Notes: generated by a model not told the origin, from the letters alone. Positions 28,577 to 39,769 are shown, counted from the stretch's first letter. The stretch: 64,000 nt of DNA from Pseudomonas sp. (GCA_035562615.1 DATMWH010000023.1:23822-87821), one strand, 5' to 3'. Numbers and translations: made by a program.

Positions 28577-28604
28577 ATTATGCCGATTGCGCAAAAAATA
28601 GCAA
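28577..28604 (-). promoter_or_regulatory. Distal sigma70 promoter candidate for rplM
   Basis: TTGCTA-N16-CATAAT with a GC-rich discriminator. Confidence 0.5.
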
Positions 28605-28647
28605 CCTGCTTTGATCAACTATCGCCAAAGAGCCCGAGGGAATGCGG

Positions 28648-29685
28648 ATGAAATACCGAAAACTAGGCAGAACAGACTTACAAGTAAGCGCGCTATGCCT
28701 TGGCAGCATGACCTGGGGCGAGCAAAACAACGAACATGAAGGGTTTGCGCAAATTGATTGCGCCAAGGCTTCCGGCGTCAACTTCATTGACACAGCAGAG
28801 ATGTACCCGGTACCCCCGCGCGGAACCACTTACGGGGCTACCGAAACGATAATTGGCAATTACTTTCGCCAAAGAAAGAATCGCCCCGAATGGATTCTGG
28901 CCAGCAAGATTGCGGGACCGGGCAATGGCATTGATTACATTCGCGACGGCAAACTCAAACACAACCGGGCTCACATTGTCCGCGCAATAGATGCCAGCCT
29001 GCGGCGCCTGCACACAGACTGGATCGATCTGTATCAACTGCATTGGCCGGAGAGACCAACCAACTACTTCGGACAACTCGGCTATCAGCACCGCGATACG
29101 GACTTCACCCCACTGGAGGAAACCCTGGAAGTACTCGCTGAACAGGTCGCCGCCGGAAAGATCCGCCATATCGGCCTGTCCAACGAGACGCCCTGGGGCA
29201 TGATGCGTTACCTGCACATGGCAGAATCACGCGAATGGCCACGCATGGCCTCGATTCAGAATCCTTACAATTTGCTGAATCGCACCTTCGAGGTTGGCTT
29301 GGCCGAAATTGCGATACGCGAAGACTGCGGTTTGCTCGCGTACTCACCAATGGCATTCGGCATGCTTTCCGGAAAGTACGCAAATGGCGCACGCCCCGCG
29401 AACGCTCGCATCAGCCTGTTCAGCCGATTTTCGCGCTACACCAACCCGCAGGCAGAAGCCGCCTGCGCCCGGTACGTATCGCTAGCCCAAGAGCACAATT
29501 TGAATCCGGCACAAATGGCTCTGGCTTTCGTGACCGCCCAACCCTTTGTCACCAGCAACATAATTGGCGCGACATCATTAGAACAATTGACCAGCAACCT
29601 AGAGAGCGGCTCTCTGCAACTAAGCCCGGATCTATTGCAATCTATTGAAGCAATTCACCGCCAACAACCAAACCCTGCCCCCTGA
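28648..29685 (+). CDS. tas: NADP(H)-dependent aldo-keto reductase (Tas-like)
   Basis: LGSMTWGEQN, FIDTAEMYP, DLYQLHWP, GLSNETPWG, SIQNPY. Confidence 0.92.
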   Translation: MKYRKLGRTDLQVSALCLGSMTWGEQNNEHEGFAQIDCAKASGVNFIDTAEMYPVPPRGTTYGATETIIGNYFRQRKNRPEWILASKIAGPGNGIDYIRDGKLKHNRAHIVRAIDASLRRLHTDWIDLYQLHWPERPTNYFGQLGYQHRDTDFTPLEETLEVLAEQVAAGKIRHIGLSNETPWGMMRYLHMAESREWPRMASIQNPYNLLNRTFEVGLAEIAIREDCGLLAYSPMAFGMLSGKYANGARPANARISLFSRFSRYTNPQAEAACARYVSLAQEHNLNPAQMALAFVTAQPFVTSNIIGATSLEQLTSNLESGSLQLSPDLLQSIEAIHRQQPNPAP

Positions 29686-29690
29686 AACAC

Positions 29691-29719
29691 AGAAGCCCGA
29701 CACACGCCGGGCTTCTTTC
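29691..29719. terminator. Hairpin terminator between convergent tas and the acyl-CoA dehydrogenase
   Basis: AGAAGCCCG-N8-CGGGCTTCT followed by TTC. Confidence 0.65.
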
Positions 29720-29734
29720 ATGCAAATCAGGCGT

Positions 29735-30871
29735 TCAGAGTGATCGCGAAATAATTTCCTTCATGATCTCGTTGGTCCCCGCATAGATTCGCTGAACCCG
29801 CGAATCCGCCCAGGCTCGGGCAATCGGATACTCCCACATGTAGCCGTAACCACCGTGCAACTGCACACACTCATCCAACACTTTGCACTGCATATCTGTA
29901 GTCCAGTACTTGAGCATTGCGGCAGTAGGCACATCCAGCTTGCCTTGCAGATGCAATTCAAGGCAGCGATCAACAAAGATACGTCCAACCTGAACTTCAG
30001 TAGCAATTTCCGCCAGCTTGAAGCGGGTGTTCTGGAAGTCTGAAATTGCCTTGCCGAACGCCTTGCGCTCGCGCGTGTACTCCAGCGTCCATTGCAATCC
30101 AGCTTCGGCGGATGCAAGGGCACCCAACCCCACAGTCAGACGCTCCTGTGGTAACTCTTGCATCAGATAGATAAAGCCCATCCCCTCCTTGCCGAGCAGA
30201 TTTTCTTTAGGGATACGTACATCCTGAAAAAACAGCTCAGAGGTGTCTTGCGCCTTCATGCCAACCTTTTCCAGGCGCTTACCCTTGGCAAAGCCCGGGG
30301 TACCGGCTTCGACAAGGAACAGGCTGGTTCCCTTGGCACCCGCCTTGGGGTCCGTTTTGGCAACCACGATCACCAGATCAGCCAGAAAACCGTTGGTAAT
30401 GAACGTCTTGGATCCGTTGATCACATACTCGTCACCCTCCAGCACGGCCGTGGTCTTCACGCCCTGCAGGTCGGAGCCGGCGCCAGGCTCGGTCATGGCG
30501 ATGGCTGTGACCATTTCACCGGACACCAGCTTGGGCAGGTACTTCTGCTTCAAAGCCTCGGATCCGTAATGCAGGATGTAAGGCGCAACAATATCCGAGT
30601 GCAGGGAAAAACCGATGCCACTCAGGCCAAGGCGACCGACTTCTTCAATCACCACTGCGCTGTATAGAAAATCAGCAGCCATGCCACCATATTCCTCAGG
30701 CAGGTGCGAACAGAGCATTCCTGCCTCGCCCGCCTTGCTCCAGAGCGCACGATCAACATGGCCATCTTTTTCCCACTGCTGGTGATAGGGCACCGCCTCC
30801 TGCTCGAGGAACTTGCGGACGCTATCGCGGAAAAGTTCGTGGTCAGAGCTAAACAGGGTTCTTGGAATCAT
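29735..30871 (-). CDS. Acyl-CoA dehydrogenase (long-chain-like)
   Basis: AMTEPGAGSD, NGSKTFITNG, QLHGGYGY, IYAGTNEI. Confidence 0.93.
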   Translation of the reverse strand: MIPRTLFSSDHELFRDSVRKFLEQEAVPYHQQWEKDGHVDRALWSKAGEAGMLCSHLPEEYGGMAADFLYSAVVIEEVGRLGLSGIGFSLHSDIVAPYILHYGSEALKQKYLPKLVSGEMVTAIAMTEPGAGSDLQGVKTTAVLEGDEYVINGSKTFITNGFLADLVIVVAKTDPKAGAKGTSLFLVEAGTPGFAKGKRLEKVGMKAQDTSELFFQDVRIPKENLLGKEGMGFIYLMQELPQERLTVGLGALASAEAGLQWTLEYTRERKAFGKAISDFQNTRFKLAEIATEVQVGRIFVDRCLELHLQGKLDVPTAAMLKYWTTDMQCKVLDECVQLHGGYGYMWEYPIARAWADSRVQRIYAGTNEIMKEIISRSL

Positions 30872-31006
30872 TTTTAAGCACCGCAGAACAATAAGTAGAG
30901 CAGCGACTTTAGACCTGCAGTGATAGCAATTGCACTGGACACATACGCCAAAAAATAAGACGATCCAGCCGAACCCTGACCAATTAACCCTTGAAACTGT
31001 CACCTC

Positions 31007-32038
31007 ATGTCCGTTCAGCCTACTCAAAAAGCATTGCGCAAAGTCAGCATTTTGGCGATCGAGCGGGTATTCGCCTCGACATTACTGCTGGCAAAAGATT
31101 TTTTCTACATGGCCAGCCTGCGCGATGGAAAGCAAAAGGGACTGGGGCTAAACCCCTCATTCGAGATCAACCTGGTCAGTCCGGATGGCTTGCCCGTCAG
31201 CAGTTTCAGCAACGTAGCATTACCGGCCGACAAAGCTCTGGATGATGCCGATCTGATCATCCTTCCGGCATTCAGCGGTGACTTTGACTTGCTACGCGCC
31301 AGATATCCGGAGATTTTGCCGTGGCTACGCGAGCGCCATAGCGCCGGCAGCATCATCTGCGGCGAAGCCAATGGCGCCTTCTGGATAGCCCAAGCCGGCT
31401 TGCTTGATGGCAAGGAAGCCACTACCTACCGGCGTTACTTTCGCGAATTTGCTGAACGCTTTCCCAAAGTACTGCTAAATCAGGAAAAGCACCTTACCGA
31501 CGCCGACAATCTTTATTGCGTAGCCGGTCCGACTTCAGGCTGCGATCTGTACATTTACCTGATCGACCGATTCTGCGGCGCCAGCGTAGCCCAGGCTGTT
31601 TCGCGCGATATCCTCTACGAAGTCCAGCGCAGCTATTCACCCGGACGGATTGGCTTTGGCGGACAGAAAATGCATCAGGATGTGGCAATTCTGCAGATTC
31701 AGCAGTGGCTTGAAGAGCACTTTGCCGAAAAATTCCGCTTTGAAGACATGGCCCGCGAGCACGGCATGAGCATCCGCAATTTCATGCGACGGTTCCAGGC
31801 CGCAACGGGCGACAAGCCACTGCATTACTTGCAGAGACTGCGCATTGAAACCGCAAAGAATTTGCTCTCACTGACCCGCAAGAGCATCAAAACCATCAGC
31901 TACGAAGTGGGCTATGACGACGCGAGCTTCTTCGCCCGCCTGTTCCGCCAGCATACCGAGCAGTCGCCCAACAACTATCGCCGACAGTATCAGCAGCTGG
32001 ACACGACACCACCGGATCGCCGCTCAACCAGCACATAG
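31007..32038 (+). CDS. GlxA-family (DJ-1 + AraC) transcriptional regulator
   Basis: AQAGLLDGKEATT DJ-1-like domain and C-terminal AraC HTH (VGYDDASFFARLF); divergent from the acyl-CoA dehydrogenase. Confidence 0.9.
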   Translation: MSVQPTQKALRKVSILAIERVFASTLLLAKDFFYMASLRDGKQKGLGLNPSFEINLVSPDGLPVSSFSNVALPADKALDDADLIILPAFSGDFDLLRARYPEILPWLRERHSAGSIICGEANGAFWIAQAGLLDGKEATTYRRYFREFAERFPKVLLNQEKHLTDADNLYCVAGPTSGCDLYIYLIDRFCGASVAQAVSRDILYEVQRSYSPGRIGFGGQKMHQDVAILQIQQWLEEHFAEKFRFEDMAREHGMSIRNFMRRFQAATGDKPLHYLQRLRIETAKNLLSLTRKSIKTISYEVGYDDASFFARLFRQHTEQSPNNYRRQYQQLDTTPPDRRSTST

Positions 32039-32056
32039 CCGGAAGCATCCCACCCG

Positions 32057-33154
32057 TCAGGGCTTGTGCGGACGCGAGAGAAACTCGTGTGATTGCATCT
32101 CAAGCAGACGGCTCAGGGTGCGCTGGAATTCAAACTCAAGGCGCACCCCGGAATAAAGCGATTGCAGGCTGACCTCAGCAGAGATGATCAACTTGACATT
32201 GCGATCGTAAAACTCGTCAACCAGATTGACGAAGCGCCGCGCAATATCTTCCTTGCTGGAGTCCATTTTCTCGACATTGGCCAGCAACACCGCATGGAAA
32301 ATTTTGCCCAATTCGATGTAGTCATTTTGGCTGCGCGGGCCGTCACACAGCTCACGAAAGTCAAACCAGGCCACATCATCACCGACCTTGCGCGCCAGAA
32401 TTTCGCGATTCTCGATCAGCAACAGCTCGTTCTCCTGAACACTGCAATGCTCCGGGATCAGGCTGCGGAAACTCTTCTCCAGACTCAGTTCAGCTTCCGC
32501 ATCCAGCGGCCAGTGATACAGCTCGGCCTGCTCAAGGGCGCGCAGGCGGTAATCCACACCACTATCGACATTCACAACTTCGGTGTGCTGCTTGAGCAGG
32601 GCAATCGCCGGCAGGAAGCGCGCCCGCTGCAAGCCATCCCGATACAGACCGTCAGGCACGATGTTGGACGTAGCCACCAATGACACGCCGTTCTTGAACA
32701 GTTCATCCAGCAAGGTGGCGAGAATCATTGCATCGGTGATATCCGAGACAAAGAATTCATCAAAACAAATGACCTTGGCTTCAGCAGCAAAACGCTTGGC
32801 AATAATGATCAGCGGATTCTTCTCGCCGGAAAGCGTTTTCATCTCTTCATGCACGCGCTTCATGAAGCGGTGAAAGTGCGTACGCATTTTTTGCGGGAAC
32901 GGCAATGCGTCGTAAAAAGTGTCAACCAGGTAGGTCTTGCCGCGCCCCACCCCGCCCCAGAAGTAGAGCCCCTTGATTGGTACTGACTGTTTTTTGCCAA
33001 ACAACTTCTGCAGCAATACACCCGGTCCACCCTGCGACTGATGCACCAGATCGTCATAGAGTCGCTGTAAATGTCGGACAGCATTTTCCTGCGCCGCATC
33101 ACGAAAGAAATCGGGGCGCTCAAGATCGGCTTGGTAGCGGGTAAGTACCGTCAT
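32057..33154 (-). CDS. zapE: Cell division ATPase ZapE (AFG1 family)
   Basis: GGVGRGKT, HFHRFM, CFDEF, TSN, RTLSRL. Confidence 0.94.
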   Translation of the reverse strand: MTVLTRYQADLERPDFFRDAAQENAVRHLQRLYDDLVHQSQGGPGVLLQKLFGKKQSVPIKGLYFWGGVGRGKTYLVDTFYDALPFPQKMRTHFHRFMKRVHEEMKTLSGEKNPLIIIAKRFAAEAKVICFDEFFVSDITDAMILATLLDELFKNGVSLVATSNIVPDGLYRDGLQRARFLPAIALLKQHTEVVNVDSGVDYRLRALEQAELYHWPLDAEAELSLEKSFRSLIPEHCSVQENELLLIENREILARKVGDDVAWFDFRELCDGPRSQNDYIELGKIFHAVLLANVEKMDSSKEDIARRFVNLVDEFYDRNVKLIISAEVSLQSLYSGVRLEFEFQRTLSRLLEMQSHEFLSRPHKP

Positions 33155-33241
33155 CTTGGGTAATTCGGTAACATCGGGGCGCACACTTTAGCGGCGTGCT
33201 GCCCGAATGGCAATCAGACTCAGGTCTAACCTGTGCAGCAC

Positions 33242-34588
33242 TCAGCCCTCTGCGGCCAGGGCTTCGCGCAATCGGTTTATCGCAGCCTGACATTCCAGCG
33301 GCTCAGTAAAGGTCGGACTGTTGGCAACACAAGCACCCTCCAGCCATACACCAAAACCATCGGCATGCTCTCGCACATCCAGTTCCAGAGCGGACTGCAA
33401 CTGCTTGCTCACCATGCCGGCCGTCTTGCCATCGGCAAAGCCCACCGACAGCAGCAACTGCTCTCCCGCAGCATCCAGCAGTCGGAAACGGAAGCTGCCA
33501 TCATCCTCGCGAAAACTGACAAAGCGTGCACTTTTCGCGGCCTTTTTCTTGCCGGCCCCGCTCACCTGCACCTGATTGCGGAACGAACGCAAGCCAACCG
33601 CCTCACGCAGTTCACCCAGAAATGGGGTCGCTGTCTTGCGCGCCTTGGCGGCACCGGCCAGCAGAATATCTTCCAGTTCAGCGGGCTGATTCATCAGTGT
33701 GTGATAGCGCTCCCGCGCCGCACCCAACTCGTTGTCGAGCAAGAGGAAAAGCCGTTGCTTGGCATCGCCCCAGGACAGTCCGTCGAGCAGTTCGGCGCGA
33801 AATTCAGCCTGCTGTGCTGAGCTGGAGAAAGCCTGATACAGGGTAAACAGGTGCGAGCTTTCCGGGTCCTTGGCCTCGCCGGGCAGCCTAGAGTCGGTGA
33901 CAATGCGCGCGATGGCATCCTTCAACTGCTTGGCACTGCCAAACAGCGGAATGGTGTTGTCATAACTCTTGGACATTTTGCGTCCATCGAGACCCGGCAA
34001 GGTCGCAACACCCTCCTCGACCACTGCTTCAGGCAGGGTAAAGAGTTCCCGGCCGTTACCGAACAGATGGTTGAATCGCTGACCAATATCACGGGCCATT
34101 TCCACATGCTGGATCTGATCGCGCCCAACGGGCACCTTATGCGCGTTGAACATCAGAATGTCCGCTGCCATCAGCACCGGATAGCTGAACAGCCCCATGC
34201 TGATGCCGGCATCCGGATCGACGCCTTCAGCCAGATTCTTGTCCACCGACGCCTTGTAGGCATGCGCACGATTGAGCAGCCCCTTGCCCGCCACGCAGGT
34301 CAGCAACCAGGTCAGCTCCGGAATTTCCGGAATATCGGATTGCCGGTAAAAGGTAGCGCGGTTTACATCAAGGCCACAGGCCAGCCAGGTAGCAGCAATT
34401 TCCAGGCGGGAACGCTGAATCCTCAGCGGGTCATCACACTTGATCAGTGCATGGTAATCCGCCAGAAAATAGAAGGACTCCGCATCCACATCACGGCTGG
34501 CCACGATGGCCGGACGAATCGCTCCGGCATAGTTGCCCAGATGCGGCGTGCCTGTGGTGGTAATGCCGGTCAGAATACGGGTAGTCAT
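33242..34588 (-). CDS. trpS: Tryptophan--tRNA ligase with a C-terminal extension
   Basis: HLGN and KMSKS class I motifs, [15 protein letters not shown]. Confidence 0.97.
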   Translation of the reverse strand: MTTRILTGITTTGTPHLGNYAGAIRPAIVASRDVDAESFYFLADYHALIKCDDPLRIQRSRLEIAATWLACGLDVNRATFYRQSDIPEIPELTWLLTCVAGKGLLNRAHAYKASVDKNLAEGVDPDAGISMGLFSYPVLMAADILMFNAHKVPVGRDQIQHVEMARDIGQRFNHLFGNGRELFTLPEAVVEEGVATLPGLDGRKMSKSYDNTIPLFGSAKQLKDAIARIVTDSRLPGEAKDPESSHLFTLYQAFSSSAQQAEFRAELLDGLSWGDAKQRLFLLLDNELGAARERYHTLMNQPAELEDILLAGAAKARKTATPFLGELREAVGLRSFRNQVQVSGAGKKKAAKSARFVSFREDDGSFRFRLLDAAGEQLLLSVGFADGKTAGMVSKQLQSALELDVREHADGFGVWLEGACVANSPTFTEPLECQAAINRLREALAAEG

Positions 34589-34620
34589 AAGGTCGGGGCC
34601 GCTTGAAGGTACTTACGAAG

Positions 34621-35244
34621 TCAAAGACGCGGCAGGACCAGCTCTTTCAGCTCAACCAGCTTGCCATGAAAAAAGTGGCCGCATTCTGCCACTTTCAGCA
34701 ACTCATGGTCACGCGCCAAGTCAGCCGACCATGCGTACACCAGCTGCGGACTAATCACCTCATCCTGTTCAGGTTGAATAACGGTCAGAGACATCGACGC
34801 CGGAAACTCTTCACCGCCAGACAAGCGATTGACCGCCGGGGCAACCATGCACAGATGGTGCACCTGAACGTGACGCTCGGCTAATCTGACCGCCAACAGC
34901 GCGGCTACATACCCACCAAACGAGAAGCCCAGCAACACTACGGGCAATCCCGGCTGCTGCATTTGCAGCCAATTCAGCGCTGCCTCGGCGTCATCCACTT
35001 CGCCAAGACTCAGGCAATGACTGCCGGCACTGGCGCCAACTCCGCGATAGTTGAAGCGCAAGGTACTGTAGCCGGCATCCCGCGCCGTTCTCTGCAGCGT
35101 GGACACCACTTTGTTGAGCATGCTGCCGCCCTGTGCAGGATTGGGATGGCAAACCAGCGCGACGCCTTTGGCATCCGGATGCAGCAGATAGCGGGCTTCC
35201 AGTGGCCCGGCGGGCCCTTCAAGCAAAACCGGAACTTCTTGCAT
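34621..35244 (-). CDS. Alpha/beta-fold hydrolase
   Basis: CHPNP, RFNYRGVG, GFSFG nucleophile elbow, GHFFHG. Confidence 0.9.
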   Translation of the reverse strand: MQEVPVLLEGPAGPLEARYLLHPDAKGVALVCHPNPAQGGSMLNKVVSTLQRTARDAGYSTLRFNYRGVGASAGSHCLSLGEVDDAEAALNWLQMQQPGLPVVLLGFSFGGYVAALLAVRLAERHVQVHHLCMVAPAVNRLSGGEEFPASMSLTVIQPEQDEVISPQLVYAWSADLARDHELLKVAECGHFFHGKLVELKELVLPRL

Positions 35245-35376
35245 GATCGGGAAAGACTCCGTGACCCCGCTTCGGGGTATAACGTCTTGGATTGGCACAA
35301 TTGGACTTGCGTCGCGGTATACAGCGCAAGGTTCAGGCGCTAACGTAAAGCAAAGCCGTTTAGAGAGGAAGGATAC

Positions 35377-35820
35377 GTGGAACAGTCATACAACATCTGG
35401 TTGCTGCTGGTGCTTGCTCTGGCAGCCGGGGCTGGCATCGGTTTTTTTGTTTCTCGCCAGGTCTCCGTGAAGAACCCGGATCGCACCCAACAGCGCCTGG
35501 ATGAACTGCAAGAGCGCTTCGACAACTATCAAACCGATGTCATCACCCACTTCAACACGACGGCTACGCTGGTCAACAGATTGACGCAAAGCTATCAGGA
35601 TGTGCAGCAGCATCTGGCCGATGGTGCCGATCAATTAGCCCTGGATGAGCTGACCCGTCAGCGCCTGCTGGAGTCACTGCGCGTGGATACCGCCCTGCCG
35701 GCCAGTCGCGAACGGCTTTCGCTGCCCAAAAGCAACGAACCCCCCAAGGATTACGCACCCAAAGACAAGAACGAGCCCGGCACACTGAACGAGAGTTTCG
35801 GCCTTAAAAGCAACAACTGA
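35377..35820 (+). CDS. zapG: YhcB/ZapG (DUF1043) family protein
   Basis: N-terminal TM, coiled coil, HF..TA.L, PPKDYAP; GTG start with GAGGAAGG RBS. Confidence 0.88.
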   Translation: MEQSYNIWLLLVLALAAGAGIGFFVSRQVSVKNPDRTQQRLDELQERFDNYQTDVITHFNTTATLVNRLTQSYQDVQQHLADGADQLALDELTRQRLLESLRVDTALPASRERLSLPKSNEPPKDYAPKDKNEPGTLNESFGLKSNN

Positions 35821-35833
35821 CGTATCGACAACC

Positions 35834-35870
35834 CAAACAACAAAGCCCCGAAATGGGGCTTTGTTGTTTG
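35834..35870. terminator. Bidirectional terminator between zapG and cysN
   Basis: Perfect 16-bp inverted repeat CAAACAACAAAGCCCC-GAAAT-GGGGCTTTGTTGTTTG. Confidence 0.85.
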
Positions 35871-35882
35871 TAGCGAGAACAA

Positions 35883-37784
35883 TCAGATCAAGCCGCGGCT
35901 CCGCAGCAGATCAATCACTTGCTTTACCCCTTCCTCCACCGAACTCGACTGCGTGTCGATCAGCAGATCAGCATTCAGCGGAATGTCATAGGGGAAGGAT
36001 TCGCCCGGGATATTGTCCTTGCCGGCGGCATACAGTCCCTGCGGATCCCGCTCCCGGCATGCCTGCGGGGATGCCTGAACGTAAACCGTCAGCAAGCGCT
36101 CGGCACCAATCAGCGCTTTCGCCTGCTCGCGCCCCTCGGCATCCGGCGCCACGAAAGCGGCCAGTGTCAGTAAGCCAGCCTCGTTGAACTGGCGGGCAAC
36201 GTGGGCTGCACGCCGCCAGTTCTCGGTCCGACCGGCGCGGTCCTGTGGCAAGCCCTTGTTCAGGTCATGACGCAAATTCTGGCCATCCAGCACATAGACT
36301 GCACGCCCCAGATCGAACAGCTTGCGCTCCACGGCATAAGCCAGCGTGCTTTTACCGGCACCCGACAGACCGCTGAACAACACGGTGGCCGGTTGCTGGC
36401 CAAAACGCAGGGCACGCTCTTCAGTGGACACATGAGCCAACTGGCCGTGATGACTGCTACCGCCATGACCAGAGAGTGGAGTGGCTATGATCATCCCGGC
36501 ACCAACGGTTCCGTTGGTCAGCCGGTCAATCACGATAAACGCACCGGTGGTGCGGTTACTGGCGTAACCATCGAGAGCAATCGGCGCATCCAGCGCAATC
36601 TTGACCTTGCCGATCTCGTTCAGCTGCAGCGCACTGGCCGGGCCATCTTCAAGGGTATTCACATCGACACGATTAACGATGCTGGCTACCGAACCCGGCA
36701 CGTAGCTGGTAGCGCGTTTGAAGTCATACTTCTTGCCCGGCAGCATCGGCTCTTCGGCCATCCATACCAGCATGGCTTCGAAGCTGTCAGTCACCTGCGG
36801 CTGATTGTCGGCATGCACCAGCAAGTCACCGCGCGATACGTCGATTTCGTCTTCCAGAGTCAGCGTAACCGCCTGCCCCGGACCCGCCTGCTCCAGTTCA
36901 CCGTCGAAAGTGACGATCGACTTGATCTTGCTGCCCTTGCCCGACGGCAGGACGATGACTTCATCGCCCTTGTGCACGATGCCACTGGCCAAGGTGCCGG
37001 CGAAGCCACGGAAGTTCAGATTGGGTCGATTGACGTACTGCACCGGGAAGCGCAAGTCGGTGAAGTTGCGATCACCGGCCACTTCCACGGTTTCAAGAAT
37101 TTCCATCAGCGACTGGCCGCTGTACCACGGCGAGCGCTCGGACTTGTTCACCACGTTGTCGCCTTTAAGGGCTGACATCGGCACGAAATGCAGCGAGCTT
37201 GGCTTCAGCGCGATGCCTTCGGCGAACTGCAAATAGTCCGATTTGATCTGCTCGAACACCGCCTCATCGAAGTTCTTCAGGTCCATCTTGTTGATGGCCA
37301 CAACGATGTGTTTGATGCCAAGCAAAGAGGCAATAAAGCTGTGGCGCTTGGTCTGGGTCTGCACACCGTAGCGCGCGTCGATCAGGATGATCGCCAGGTC
37401 GCAGGTGGAGGCACCAGTGGCCATGTTGCGGGTGTACTGCTCATGCCCGGGGGTGTCGGCAATGATGAACTTGCGCTTGGCGGTGCTGAAATAACGGTAC
37501 GCCACGTCGATAGTAATGCCCTGCTCACGCTCGGCCTGCAGACCGTCGACCAGCAGCGCCAGGTCGATATCTTCGCCGGTGGTACCGACTTTCTTAGAGT
37601 CACGGGTGATGGCTTCCAGATGGTCTTCGTAGATCATCTTCGAGTCGTGCAGCAGGCGCCCGATCAGGGTGCTCTTGCCGTCATCGACGTTGCCGCAGGT
37701 AAGGAAGCGCAGCAGCTCCTTGCGCTCGTGTTGCGCCAGGTAGGCCTGAATGTCTTCGCTGATCAAATCGGATTGGTGCGACAT
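35883..37784 (-). CDS. cysN: Sulfate adenylyltransferase subunit 1 fused to an APS-kinase-like domain (CysN/CysNC)
   Basis: [18 protein letters not shown] GTPase motifs; second P-loop GLSGAGKST. Confidence 0.96.
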   Translation of the reverse strand: MSHQSDLISEDIQAYLAQHERKELLRFLTCGNVDDGKSTLIGRLLHDSKMIYEDHLEAITRDSKKVGTTGEDIDLALLVDGLQAEREQGITIDVAYRYFSTAKRKFIIADTPGHEQYTRNMATGASTCDLAIILIDARYGVQTQTKRHSFIASLLGIKHIVVAINKMDLKNFDEAVFEQIKSDYLQFAEGIALKPSSLHFVPMSALKGDNVVNKSERSPWYSGQSLMEILETVEVAGDRNFTDLRFPVQYVNRPNLNFRGFAGTLASGIVHKGDEVIVLPSGKGSKIKSIVTFDGELEQAGPGQAVTLTLEDEIDVSRGDLLVHADNQPQVTDSFEAMLVWMAEEPMLPGKKYDFKRATSYVPGSVASIVNRVDVNTLEDGPASALQLNEIGKVKIALDAPIALDGYASNRTTGAFIVIDRLTNGTVGAGMIIATPLSGHGGSSHHGQLAHVSTEERALRFGQQPATVLFSGLSGAGKSTLAYAVERKLFDLGRAVYVLDGQNLRHDLNKGLPQDRAGRTENWRRAAHVARQFNEAGLLTLAAFVAPDAEGREQAKALIGAERLLTVYVQASPQACRERDPQGLYAAGKDNIPGESFPYDIPLNADLLIDTQSSSVEEGVKQVIDLLRSRGLI

Positions 37785-37798
37785 ATTAAAAGCCCTAG

Positions 37799-38716
37799 TT
37801 AGAAATAGCCCTGACGTTTCTTGTCTTCCATGGAACCGGTGGCATCGTGGTCGATAACCCGTCCCTGACGCTCGGAAGTCCGGGTCAGCAGCATTTCCTG
37901 GATGATATCGGTAAGCGAGGTGGCCTCGGACTCGACGGCGCCCGTCAACGGATAGCACCCCAGGGTACGGAAGCGCACTTTCTTCTTGACGATGCGCGCC
38001 TTGTCTTCCTCGGAGAGGTGCTCAAGGATGCGCTCATCATCAATCATGATCAGCGCCCCGTCTTTTTCGATCACTTCGCGCTCGGCAGCGAAGTACAACG
38101 GTACGATCGGAATGCCTTCCAGATAGATGTACTGCCAGATATCCAGTTCGGTCCAGTTGGACAGGGGGAATACACGGATCGACTCGCCCTTGTTGACCTT
38201 GCCGTTATAGATATTCCACAACTCCGGACGCTGATTCTTCGGGTCCCAGCGGTGTTTGCTGTCGCGGAACGAATAGACACGCTCCTTGGCGCGGGATTTC
38301 TCTTCGTCACGGCGCGCACCGCCGAAGGCCGCATCGAAACCATACTGATCAAGTGCCTGCTTGAGACCCTGGGTCTTCATGATGTCGGTATGCTTGGCAC
38401 TGCCATGGGTAAAGGGATTCACATCCTGCGCTATACCCTCGGGGTTGATATGGGTGATCAGTTCGAGCCCATACTCCTCAACCATCTTGCTGCGGAACTT
38501 GTACATCTCCTGGAACTTCCAGCGGGTATCCACGTGCAATACCGGAAAAGGCAGCTTGCCAGGGAAGAAGGCCTTGCGCGCCAGATGCAGCATCACCGCA
38601 GAATCTTTGCCGATGGAGTACAGCATCACCGGGTTATCAAATTCAGCGGCCACCTCACGGATGATGTGGATGCTTTCTGCCTCAAGCTCTTTGAGATGCG
38701 TCAGTTTGTCGACCAT
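37799..38716 (-). CDS. cysD: Sulfate adenylyltransferase subunit 2
   Basis: YSIGKDS PP-loop, [32 protein letters not shown]. Confidence 0.98.
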   Translation of the reverse strand: MVDKLTHLKELEAESIHIIREVAAEFDNPVMLYSIGKDSAVMLHLARKAFFPGKLPFPVLHVDTRWKFQEMYKFRSKMVEEYGLELITHINPEGIAQDVNPFTHGSAKHTDIMKTQGLKQALDQYGFDAAFGGARRDEEKSRAKERVYSFRDSKHRWDPKNQRPELWNIYNGKVNKGESIRVFPLSNWTELDIWQYIYLEGIPIVPLYFAAEREVIEKDGALIMIDDERILEHLSEEDKARIVKKKVRFRTLGCYPLTGAVESEATSLTDIIQEMLLTRTSERQGRVIDHDATGSMEDKKRQGYF

Positions 38717-38897
38717 GGTCACTCACAAAAAAGACAGGATAACGGCCTACGGGCCGTGGACGAGCGCGAACTTTAACACAGCACCTGCTTCTAATCAGGG
38801 CCGTATTTAGATCAAAAAGGTCTGAGCATAAAACCATTAATCAAGGCTCAACGGCGCTGAAAGAGCCTCGGGCACATCAATCAGTTTCGAGCGGATA

Positions 38898-39656
38898 TCA
38901 GAACGGATTGGGGCAGTCGATAAACACATGCTCCAGCGCAAAGCGGCGCGCCAGATATTCGCCAAGCGCCTGAACGCCATAGCGCTCGGTCGCGTGGTGA
39001 CCCGCCGCGATGAAGCCGATAGCGTTTTCCCGTGCGCAGTGAAACGTCTGCTCGGAGGCTTCGCCACTGAGAAAAACATCCACACCGGCGGCCACCGCCT
39101 GTTCGATAAAACTCTGCCCGCCGCCAGTACACCAGCCGATTCGCCGGACCAGAGCGGGCCCCTCCACGACCAGAGGCTGACGCCCCAGCACCTGCTGCAC
39201 GCGCCGGGCAAAATCGTCCAGACTCACCGCCTGCGCCAAAACGCCGACCAATCCGACCGTGCGCGGATTGCCCGGCTCAAGATCGCCCTCCACCTCAATA
39301 CCCAACCGCTGGGCGAGCTGCACGTTATTGCCAACCTGCGGATGGATATCCAGGGGCAAGTGATACGCCAGCAAGCTGATGTCATGAGTCAGCAGCGTCT
39401 TTATCCGTCGCTGACGAACTCCGGTGATGCAGGCATCCTCACCCTTCCAGAAATACCCATGGTGCACCAGCACCACGTCCGCGCCCGCTTCAACGGCAGC
39501 ATCCAGCAGCGCCTGACTGGCCGTGACCCCACTGACGATCTTCTGCACCTGCGGCCGGCCCTCGACCTGCAAGCCGTTGGGGCAATAGTCATTAATGCTC
39601 GCTACATTGAGGAAGCGGTTGGCCTCCTCGACCAGACTGCGCAAGGCAATTGCCAT
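38898..39656 (-). CDS. ybgI: Nif3-like dinuclear metal center protein (YbgI/DUF34)
   Basis: DYCPNGLQVEG, VHHG, YHLPLD, GHHATE. Confidence 0.93.
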   Translation of the reverse strand: MAIALRSLVEEANRFLNVASINDYCPNGLQVEGRPQVQKIVSGVTASQALLDAAVEAGADVVLVHHGYFWKGEDACITGVRQRRIKTLLTHDISLLAYHLPLDIHPQVGNNVQLAQRLGIEVEGDLEPGNPRTVGLVGVLAQAVSLDDFARRVQQVLGRQPLVVEGPALVRRIGWCTGGGQSFIEQAVAAGVDVFLSGEASEQTFHCARENAIGFIAAGHHATERYGVQALGEYLARRFALEHVFIDCPNPF

Positions 39657-39769
39657 GATATTTCTCCGCTATGCTGGGCCGACTGCCATTTAACCGGCAG
39701 CTTCGTATAATGGCGCCACCTTAATGGGGCGTGCGACGCTCCGGCAACCCTTCTGCGGACCTGCTCCCA

